A stretch of 63,508 nt of DNA, counting the filler, from Collodictyon triciliatum (taxonomy: Eukaryota), in assembly GCA_043381765.1 (NCBI GenBank). It is 12 parts of 12 records of this genome, joined end to end, with 100 filler letters (N's around TTAATTAATTAA, not from the genome) between each part and the next. Parts side by side here need not be neighbours in the genome. Positions count along the whole stretch, not along the records: positions 39,935 to 45,161 come from JBHJMP010005368.1; positions 45,262 to 50,505 come from JBHJMP010005369.1; 10 more parts are not named here. One strand, 5' to 3'. The notes beneath the pieces were generated by a model. That model worked only from the letters and a program-made list of their open reading frames with translations, ran no database searches and was not told where the DNA came from. This document shows positions 40,547 to 49,097 of the stretch, in pieces (the first letter of the stretch is position 1; each line of letters opens with the position of its first letter). Position numbers and translations under genes: made by a program.

Positions 40547-43500
40547 ATGATTAACTCGTAGTATTTTGTTTCACAAAGGTCGACCCAAACGACCCGATAG
40601 GTCTAGTCAAATGCAGGTTATACGACATTCTGTTTGATTTTGGAATCGAAGACGTTCGGTTAACCATGTACTACAAGGGGCATCGCCTTCCAGAGTTTTC
40701 TACCTTGAAAGACTACGAAGTCGAGGTTTTTTTTTATCGCAGATGAAATTTGTGAGTTTTTTTTATCATGTAAGATTATACAAAGTCATTTCGAATCAGT
40801 CCTAATCTATGATGTATTATCACTAAACCCGGGGGAAACCTGACTAATTACGTACCTTTTATCTTTCTGGTGAAGAATTTTGCCACTCTGGAAGCCTTCC
40901 ATCTTGACTATGATGAAGATCATGTAAGTTCATCATTTATTCCATGATACAGTAAGGGAGATTCACCTTCACTAATGACACATTCGCTATGAGTCATTGT
41001 TGTTTCTAATTTTTATACATTTAACATTAAAGGACTCGAGTAATACACTTGGAAAGATACAAATGACGTATGTGGACATGAAATCAAAGCGAAAGTCCGC
41101 CAACCCTCGGTCTATGGCTCAAGGCAATATGTATGACACAAGAACACTGGAGGAACGGAGAGAGCAGATGAAACAAACTTGGAAGAATTTTGAAAACGAA
41201 CTCTTTGAGTCACAGCTTTGGCATGTTTGTTTCCAGTCATTTATGAGTGTCTTGTGTTGTCGAATCCTTGCAGAACGTCCTTCTTCTTTTCTTTTCTTTT
41301 TTTTTCTGCTATATTAGTTGTAAGAAAAATATTTGCTCAATGTAGGGCGTTAGAACATTGCGCGACCATGACAAGGACAAAAAAATGAGCACTACGATGT
41401 TAAAATGGTGTTCGTTGTTCCATTTTGTACGTCTTCCATAAACATCTTGGAATAGCCCATGATATCTCTTAATGTATTCAAATATTAACATCAACCTTGT
41501 AATGATATTTATGTATTCGTCTTAATTACAGATATCTGCCTTCTGTCTTTGTTTCAGTATTTACTTTTGGGTAGGGCTATGTTCGTTTATTGCCCCGCTT
41601 ATTGGATATTACGCTGCATTCAAAGGGAACTACAATATACTATTCTCTGTAAGTGATTGTATAATCTAAAAAAAAATGTCTAGCCTCAATCAAGGATCGA
41701 TGCGGTTTAATCTGAATTTCCCATTATAGTACAATACTGTTGTATTTCTGAATGGAATGGGTATAATTGCTTACATGCTCCTACTGAGATGTGATGTTGA
41801 AGATTGCTATGAATCAGAACATTTCTATACCTTAATTGTCGGTGGCTGTCAACTGACATTTATTGTATGCGTTTTATATTTTGTTTATTGTCTTTTACGA
41901 CATAGGGCCGTCAAAAAATATTTAACATTCATCCTCTTTTCCCCCTTTATTCGATTCAAAGTGCAGCGAGGCTATTTTTTTTTTCTTCTTTGAATCGAAT
42001 AAATGGGGGGAAATATTTCTTTTTCTTTTTTACTTATTCCTTTCGCTTTTACGTACGTATACCCTAATGGTGTGATATTTTCCCATATCAATATTAAATT
42101 AGCCTCTCGGATATCTAATAAGTGTACCGAAATATTAAATATTATTTTATTTCACTAGCTCAATGGAATCTACTTTTCATGGTCTGTTATGCGTGCAATT
42201 ACTTTTGAACTGGCAGGTATAAGAAACGCAAATGTAATCGGGATCTACAATATCCCCACATGTATATCATAATTTTCTCAACATATTATTTTTCAATCAA
42301 TCAATAGATGAGTTGGAGGTTATAATGCAGCGAACTGGTAGGATTCGATCGTTGCTTTTCCTGACAAGAGCAAAAAATATAGATACTCAAAGGAAAGCAT
42401 TCAGAAGACTTATCCAGTTATGTAACTCTGAGGGTGAGTGATATAATCATATTGGGATAAAAAAAAAACTACCCTGGTAACTTTGGAAATAAACTTACCC
42501 CTGAGTTGCTTGACATCTTACCATTAGCTTCAAATTTCAATATGTTGCTTAATTTAGTGTTCATATATGCATTTAATTTTTAGATGACAACCTCCAAATC
42601 AAGCTCGTCTCAGAGGGGGTCCTTGACATCATTTCTCGGATCATCGTCAAGTCCCCTACAAATCTGAAAATCGTTCTGTGTTCTTTATTTCAGAAATTGT
42701 CGGCGTTAGGTATTCCTTTTTTGTACTCCCGGTTTTGCTCTTAGCTCTATGTTTATTCGTACCTAAATAGCACCCAATTTGTCTTTTTTTCTAATGGAAC
42801 TATTGTTTTCAAACCAATAACTACATACGCTCAATAAATAGAGGAGAATAGAGTCTACTTTGTCCAGGCTCACATACTTGAAGCTCTTGGAAAAGTCATG
42901 GAAAGCGAATCACCCCGACTTGTCCTCCTTATTTCAAACACCCTCGCTTATATCAGCATGATTGGTATGATGGTGTTGTGTTTTGTTTCATTTTTTCATT
43001 CACTCTCGTCCAAGTTAATATTTACAATATATGTACTATTCGTGATAATTGTGTATTCTCCTTATCTTTTCTTTTCATTCATAGAGAAGAAAGATACCCT
43101 GATTGACAGTGACTGGGTCATTCCTTTCATGATTAGGCTTCTGCACACAAACAATCCCGAAATTCTAGATTATGCAACTGCCACCATATCGAATCTGGCG
43201 ATATGCGGTATAGAAATTCATAGATTCGTTTCGATGTAGCAAAAATTGTCCTGTGTGATTGACTTTACTCATCGCAATAAACTACACACAGATGACCTTA
43301 ATTTGATATCCAAGGCAGGAAAGAAACTTATTGACTTTAATGGTCTTGAAAAGTTTTTGAATGTTGGAATGGAATCGACTGCTGAGATCCAAAATACTGT
43401 CGCTCGGACTATTTCCTATCTCTCCATATCGGGTATTTCCTAATGAACATAGTATCAGTACACCTGCGACATGTTTTCTCATAATGGTGATAGCTACAAG

Positions 43501-44206
43501 AACCCTTAATTTGCTCCTCTGGTTTTGTTTGTTTGTTTTTTTTTTAAAAAAAAAATAAATTAAATTCTATAGAACAAATACGCGTACGTCTCTTCGACTT
43601 TCATGTCGACCAGGCAATCAAAAAGTGGGCATTTAATCTAGCCGTTCACAAAGATATACAATATCAGGCGTCTCGTATTATTTACTCTCTAACTCTGTCG
43701 GGTATGTACATCATCATTTTCTTAGGATGACACATATTTTTCTAGTCTATTATTCCCAAAAACAAAAAATTGTCTAATGCGACTTTATAATCCTATGTCT
43801 CTCAAGCGGACAAATACTACATGGTAATGAACAGTCACGGGCTCTTTGACCTTTTGGTTAATCCTTTGATGACATCAAATGATCCCCGTGTCCTGAAACA
43901 AGCCTGTTTGTCCGTCCTACAATTGAGTAAATCCCGTAAGGAATTTATTTTGTCTGAAAATATTATCATACCCATAATGATGAGATCTGGTAACCCTTCT
44001 GTCCATGCTGCAGTGCTTCCTGTTTTTATTGGAAGGATAGACACCCTTAATAGAGTTCAATACATCATAATTTTACTCATTCAGGTTTAACAAAGTCGTA
44101 CGTTGTGAAAGCAGAATTCAAGGAAAAACTTCGGCAGCTTGTATACCATTCGGCCGAGGGCGTCGGGGAAACTGCCCAGGCGGCTTTGGTAGAACTCTCT
44201 GCCTAG
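40547..44206 (+). CDS. Multi-exon protein: ubiquitin-like domain + ~3-4 TM helices + armadillo repeats (start uncertain)
   Basis: VDPNDPIGLVKCRL..LTMYYKGHRLPEFSTLKDYEVE (UBL); hydrophobic exons 41532-42216; ARM-like exons, e.g. VIPFMIRLLHTNNPEILDYATATISNLAI and LVNPLMTSNDPRVLKQACLSVLQLS; stop TAG at 44204-44206. Confidence 0.6.
41944..42003. mobile_element. Two inverted copies of retroposed family A 3' end, in an intron
   Basis: CCTTTATTCGATTCAAAGTGCAGCGAGG (41944-) and CTTTGAATCGAATAAA (41988-42003). Confidence 0.55.
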
Positions 44207-44593
44207 CTGCTCCTAAATTACCCATCAAGAATATGATGTGCTGAAAATTGAATAAATCATATATAGAAAGAGTTATTTTTCAGTTTATGGGGACTCTTCC
44301 CTTGCTATGTTTTCCGCTGTCTATGGGCCTTTATTTTCTTCTATTCATTTGAAAATTCCACACCAAATCAATATCAAACTACCCTTGTATCGCATGTTTA
44401 GTCTCCTCAGCTTGGAGGAACAAAAGTCGATCTTTTTGCGACCAGAAGACCACATAAGCCAAAGACCATCGAACTCGCTCTTACAAAAATCTCAAAAGTG
44501 TTGATTTGGAGCAATAGCATGAATCCCTGGCAATATTTGGCTGCATGGGGGTTTATCGCTCACTTTTTCATCACTCTCAACAATCCAAAGTAT

Positions 44594-44664
44594 AAAATCC
44601 CTGGTGGAGTAATAACCTCGCTGCACTTTGAATCGAATAAAGGAAAAAAAATCCCTGGTGGAGT
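44594..44664 (+). mobile_element. 5'-truncated retroposed element 3' end (family A) with 17-bp TSD
   Basis: TSD AAAATCCCTGGTGGAGT at 44594-44610 and 44648-44664 flanking AATAACCTCGCTGCACTTTGAATCGAATAAAGG(A)n. Confidence 0.75.
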
Positions 44665-45262
44665 TCAGTCTCTTTGAGAATGAGACTTTTTTTTTCTTTC
44701 ATGATTGACGTCTCAACTTCCGGCCGGTGGTGGGCTTCTGGGTCTGCCTTCAAGGCGCAACGCAAACAATAAAACCACCAAAATATCCGATGTGGAAATA
44801 TTATATACGGAATTTATATCAATAATACTCGAAACATTTATTTAATGAATTTAATTACAATCAGTATATAAAACTATATATATAATATACAATTAGTATT
44901 AGTGTGTATCTGTTGCTTTTTTCAACAAAAAAGTCACCTTCTTTGTCATGAATAGCTCGGTAAATATCGTTATGAAGCAGCTTGCTATGGAAACTTTCAA
45001 TGAATGTTTGTAACCGTAGCAGAACAGCCGAATCAGTAAAACAAGACAACCCATGTTTTCGATCTGGCCAAGATGAACAAAAAAAAACAATAAAACAATA
45101 AAACAATAAAACAATAAAACAATAAAACAATAAAACAATAAAACAATAAAACAATAAAACANNNNNNNNNNNNNNNNNNNNNNNNNNNNNNNNNNNNNNN
45201 NNNNNTTAATTAATTAANNNNNNNNNNNNNNNNNNNNNNNNNNNNNNNNNNNNNNNNNNNNA

Positions 45263-45406
45263 AAATACGAGGGGCAATTTAAAAAAGGTGTTGACCAAGT
45301 AAATAAATACGCGCCTGTAATTCGCGGAGCTGCACAACGAAACGAATCCCTGGGAAAAGTCATGAAATCATACGACGACAATATCAGAAATAAAATTGGT
45401 TACTAG
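45263..45406 (+). CDS. 3' end of a viral ORF (amphipathic, Lys-rich)
   Basis: Open from the contig start: KYEGQFKKGVDQVNKYAPVIRGAAQRNESLGKVMKSYDDNIRNKIGY*; stops 27 bp before the MCP ATG. Confidence 0.55.
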   Translation, partial: KYEGQFKKGVDQVNKYAPVIRGAAQRNESLGKVMKSYDDNIRNKIGY

Positions 45407-45407
45407 T

Positions 45408-45433
45408 TAGAAAATTATTTTCTTTTTTAGAAT
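45408..45433 (+). promoter_or_regulatory. Putative viral late promoter TAGAAAATTATTTTCT-N10-ATG
   Basis: TTCT with C at -12 relative to the MCP ATG; same spacing as the two other visible viral starts. Confidence 0.5.
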
Positions 45434-47203
45434 ATGGATTCACTACCCGAGGAGCTACAGTTTAGAAATGTATCGTCAAAAAAGAAGACTATTTTGGAAA
45501 AACAAATGAGACAAGTACTTCCCTCAAATGGAACGGAGCAGACGGCCAATTATAGTAGTGGGCCGCAAATTGTTTTTAGGATTCCAATTGATAATGAATG
45601 GAGTATACAGATGGACAGCGCCCATATTGTGGCCGATTTGACTGTAAAAGGACTAGATGCCGATGCAGTTGCTGCTCAGGATAGATTAAAAAGAAGTGTT
45701 ATTAGCGGAGCTGCTGCGGCTAGAACAATTCCAATATTGTGCCCGTGTGAAAGTTACGAAAGTTTTATTTATAGAATTGCAGTATACTTAAATGGCAGTG
45801 AATTGGAAAGAATCGACAACTATTCATACTTGGAATCATTTAAACATAATTGGTGTAATAATCAGAATTGGGTGAATCTTATGAGTGGAGGAATGGGACT
45901 AGGTCAGTCTGTTCTTGATAGGTCCAGATTGTTTTTAGTTGGAGCAGCTGGCACAACAAGCAACACAGTTCAAATTGGATTTCCACTTAGATATCTTGGA
46001 TTGATGAATATAAAGACTTTATTGCCTGCATATCTACTAGGGCCCAATTCGTTGGAAATTCGTATTTGGATGGCGCCCGCATCAGAGTGCTTTAGTCATG
46101 GTATCATAACATACAACGCGGTAGGAAACGCTAATGGGGGAATAGACTATAATGATTTTGTTTGTGAAACTGATACAACTCTTAGTTATACTTTAAGTAA
46201 TATAAAAATGAATATAAACTACATTCAAACGGAGCCATCATATAACAATGCTCTTTCACAATATTTAATAAATAATAATTTACAGATTCCAATTGAAACA
46301 TATTTTATAACTCAGTTTAATATTCCAAAAAGAACTTCAGGATGGGTTACACAAAATATTTCTGTTCAATACTCAAATATAAATGCAATTTATTGTATAT
46401 TTACCCGAGCTTGTGAACAGGGTAATCTTGGATATCTAGGTACGGACCGACTCCATGCAATTGAGGGACTAAGTCAGGCAAGGCTTACAGTCAACGGTAA
46501 AGTGCTGCCATCAGTTCCTATTCAGCTAGCAAATCCAGGTTACGCCAATGTACCGGCCGCTGGCCAAAATACTACTGGTGCAGTAGCAGGAAGCAATTTT
46601 CTGGCAAGTGCAACAATGGGTCAAGCTTTGTGTCATCAACCTGAAGCTTTAAATTATTTAATGAAAGCATTGGGATATAACACAAGTGCTGAGATGCTGG
46701 GACAGGTCAACTTCGGTCAACAAATTACTCAACCACTTCAAATGAATATCGGTGACAATCTAAATACTGGAATAACTCAACTGACTTTACCAACATCGGG
46801 CGCAGGATTTTATTATGCCAGCAATAAAGCCGTTCAAAATGCAATGGTTGTCACGGCAGATACTATTGTTGGTACGAATAACACAAATCCACTTCAGTGT
46901 GAAGAGTATTATTGGAAAACACCGACAACTTTTGCATTAGGGTGGAGTATGACCCGATCAGATTATTCAGACGAGTTTGAATTATCTGGCTACAACGCAT
47001 CATCAAATTCAGGTATCGTCCAGGTCGGCCTTCAGTTCTCTGGGTCTTGCAAACACGCTTCAGTTGTCACCGCAAATAACGCGATACCAGCTCCCGCAAA
47101 TCTTGCGTCATTGACCCCTGTAGATGACTATACCTGCTGGGTCATCATCGAGCACACACGTATTCTTGACGTCGGAAAAGACAACGCCCAAGTTCTTTAT
47201 TAA
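45434..47203 (+). CDS. MCP: Double jelly-roll major capsid protein, Polinton-like virus type (589 aa)
   Basis: Motif order matches recalled PgVV/Gezel-type PLV MCPs: LPEELQF..LPSNG..Y..IVFRIP; FIYRIAVYLNGSELERIDNY; LLPAYLL..LEIRI; YTLSNIKMNINYI; LQIPIETY; VQYSNINAIY; EALNYLMKALG; FALGWSM; LSGYNAS; C-terminal ILDVGKDNAQVLY. Confidence 0.88.
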   Translation: MDSLPEELQFRNVSSKKKTILEKQMRQVLPSNGTEQTANYSSGPQIVFRIPIDNEWSIQMDSAHIVADLTVKGLDADAVAAQDRLKRSVISGAAAARTIPILCPCESYESFIYRIAVYLNGSELERIDNYSYLESFKHNWCNNQNWVNLMSGGMGLGQSVLDRSRLFLVGAAGTTSNTVQIGFPLRYLGLMNIKTLLPAYLLGPNSLEIRIWMAPASECFSHGIITYNAVGNANGGIDYNDFVCETDTTLSYTLSNIKMNINYIQTEPSYNNALSQYLINNNLQIPIETYFITQFNIPKRTSGWVTQNISVQYSNINAIYCIFTRACEQGNLGYLGTDRLHAIEGLSQARLTVNGKVLPSVPIQLANPGYANVPAAGQNTTGAVAGSNFLASATMGQALCHQPEALNYLMKALGYNTSAEMLGQVNFGQQITQPLQMNIGDNLNTGITQLTLPTSGAGFYYASNKAVQNAMVVTADTIVGTNNTNPLQCEEYYWKTPTTFALGWSMTRSDYSDEFELSGYNASSNSGIVQVGLQFSGSCKHASVVTANNAIPAPANLASLTPVDDYTCWVIIEHTRILDVGKDNAQVLY

Positions 47204-47234
47204 ATAATTGTTTTATAAAATAATAATTATTTAA
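47200..47234. terminator. AT-rich hairpin between convergent stop codons
   Basis: 10-bp inverted repeat TTAAATAATT (47200-47209) / AATTATTTAA (47225-47234) enclosing the palindrome TTTTATAAAA. Confidence 0.4.
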
Positions 47235-47601
47235 ATCTTACAAGTTGATTCAAGTATGGATTTGTTGATTGTCTGTAACTTGTACCAAGTTCTTGTTCAT
47301 CTGATTCTGATTCTGATTCAGCTTTTTTTCGTTTCTTCGGAATTTCCCGGGGTTTGGATTTCTTTTTTAGTTGCTCTTTTATCTCAGAGAGTTCACTTTT
47401 TAGATTAGAGAATTCCTCGGTCTCTGCGTCTCTCGCCGAATTTCTAACAGATTCCTCAATCATCTCAGATGCTTTTTTTTTGGCCATCTTTTTCTGCCTC
47501 ATCAGTTCCAAATTTTTGAGCTGTTTGGGGGTCAATGTTCTTTTCTTTTTTTCGGGCACGGCAACAGGAAGTTCAATATTTTCTTCATATTCTTGCTCCA
47601 T
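47227..47601 (-). CDS. Small charged viral protein (124 aa), coiled-coil, possible DNA-binding/core protein
   Basis: KKKRTLTPKQLKNLELMRQKK motif, of a kind I recall from small virophage/PLV proteins; exactly fills the gap between MCP and penton. Confidence 0.7.
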   Translation of the reverse strand: MEQEYEENIELPVAVPEKKKRTLTPKQLKNLELMRQKKMAKKKASEMIEESVRNSARDAETEEFSNLKSELSEIKEQLKKKSKPREIPKKRKKAESESESDEQELGTSYRQSTNPYLNQLVRFK

Positions 47602-47634
47602 AATTTAATATAGAAAAAAATTCTATGGTAATTT
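47602..47634. promoter_or_regulatory. 33-bp dyad-symmetric bidirectional viral promoter (TTCTA on both strands)
   Basis: ATAGAA-AAAAA-TTCTAT centred at 47618, equidistant from both divergent ATGs (47601 and 47635); C of TCTA at -12 for each gene. Confidence 0.6.
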
Positions 47635-48510
47635 ATGCAACGCCGTCTGCTAAACGAGAGAAATACAAATGAGGCCAATTATCTTTTTATTAATTCGGAG
47701 TCGAAACGAGTGAGTGGGTCAAACAACAATTTCACCTTTGATTTAAGTGATTTCCCAATTATCAAAAACAAGCCATATAATCTTTTTATAAAAAGTGTAT
47801 ACTACCCCACGACGATACACCAAATAACAGACTTGTATCAATACAATCAATTGCGAATTCGAGTATTGAATACCAACACAGGTATCAGTACGTTTTCAAC
47901 AATAACAATTGCTGAGGGTACATATAACACAAGTCAATATGCCCAAGCGGTTGCACTAGCATTAAATACTTTTTTAGCAAGCTCTGGATACGACCAGTAT
48001 GATATGGGATATGACGATATTCGCAATCGGTTTTATTTTGAAAGAAAAACAGTTGCGACACCGGCAATAAGAGTTTATATAACATCTAATGACTCGTTTT
48101 CACAATACAATGGTGAATTTGGTTTTGGTGGGTCTTATGTAATTGGATGTAATTACAACACAGAATTTGAATTACCTCTGCAAACAACTCCTAAAAAATA
48201 TCTGCCGAATCCTGGAAATTTACAACCGTACTCTTATTTTTTTATGACTATCCAGGGAATTACAAATTTGAATTTCAACACAGATGTCCCTGAGCGTTTT
48301 GATATTGCTTATCGGTGTCCATTGAATCTAAGTAATAGTAAATACCAGTACACATTCGTAGAAGAAGCAAGTGAAGAATTTACGCAACAAGTCTTTTCGG
48401 TTTTGCCGACAAGATTCAATATAAGTTTTATTGACCAGTACAACAATCTAGTTAACTTCCCGCAGACAGCCAGTGTAGATATTACTCTCAAGCTCGTTCC
48501 CGTAGAATAA
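47635..48510 (+). CDS. mCP: Minor capsid protein (penton), single jelly-roll, PLV/virophage type (291 aa)
   Basis: YLFINS..NNFTFDL..LFIKSVYYPTTIHQI..NQLRI..ITIAEGTY..ALN..YDDIRNRFYF, and C-terminal FNISFIDQYNNLVNF..VDITLKL, the typical penton motif series; lies next to the MCP. Confidence 0.82.
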   Translation: MQRRLLNERNTNEANYLFINSESKRVSGSNNNFTFDLSDFPIIKNKPYNLFIKSVYYPTTIHQITDLYQYNQLRIRVLNTNTGISTFSTITIAEGTYNTSQYAQAVALALNTFLASSGYDQYDMGYDDIRNRFYFERKTVATPAIRVYITSNDSFSQYNGEFGFGGSYVIGCNYNTEFELPLQTTPKKYLPNPGNLQPYSYFFMTIQGITNLNFNTDVPERFDIAYRCPLNLSNSKYQYTFVEEASEEFTQQVFSVLPTRFNISFIDQYNNLVNFPQTASVDITLKLVPVE

Positions 48511-49097
48511 TTTTGTATGTATTTATNNNNNNNNNNNNNNNNNNNNNNNNNNNNNNNNNNNNNNNNNNNNNNNNNNNNNNNNNNNNNNNNNNNNNNNNNN
48601 NNNNNNNNNNNNNNNNNNNNNNNNNNNNNNNNNNNNNNNNNNNNNNNNNNNNNNNNNNNNNNNNNNNNNNNNNNNNNNNNNNNNNNNNNNNNNNNNNNNN
48701 NNNNNNNNNNNNNNNNNNNNNNNNNNNNNNNNNNNNNNNNNNNNNNNNNNNNNNNNNNNNNNNNNNNNNNNNNNNNNNNNNNNNNNNNNNNNNNNNNNNN
48801 NNNNNNNNNNNNNNNNNNNNNNNNNNNNNNNNNNNNNNNNNNNNNNNNNNNNNNNNNNNNNNNNNNNNNNNNNNNNNNNNNNNNNNNNNNNNNNNNNNNN
48901 NNNNNNNNNNNNNNNNNNNNNNNNNNNNNNNNNNNNNNNNNNNNNNNNNNNNNNNNNNNNNNNNNNNNNNNNNNNNNNNNNNNNNNNNNNNNNNNNNNNN
49001 NNNNNNNNNNNNNNNNNNNNNNNNNNNNNNNNNNNNNNNNNNNNNNNNNNNNNNNNNNNNNNNNNNNNNNNNNNNNNNNNNNNNNNNNNNNNNNNNN

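Noticed and set aside
44594-44664. Direct repeat - spacer - direct repeat resembling a mini CRISPR
   Set aside because: Only two repeats; the repeats differ between loci while the inner sequence is shared, which is the TSD pattern. No cas genes.
45434-47203. Assignment as a canonical virophage (Sputnik/mavirus) or NCLDV capsid
   Set aside because: The motifs fit PLV-type MCPs better, and no maturation protease or NCLDV-type N-terminus is seen. Exact placement needs a phylogeny.
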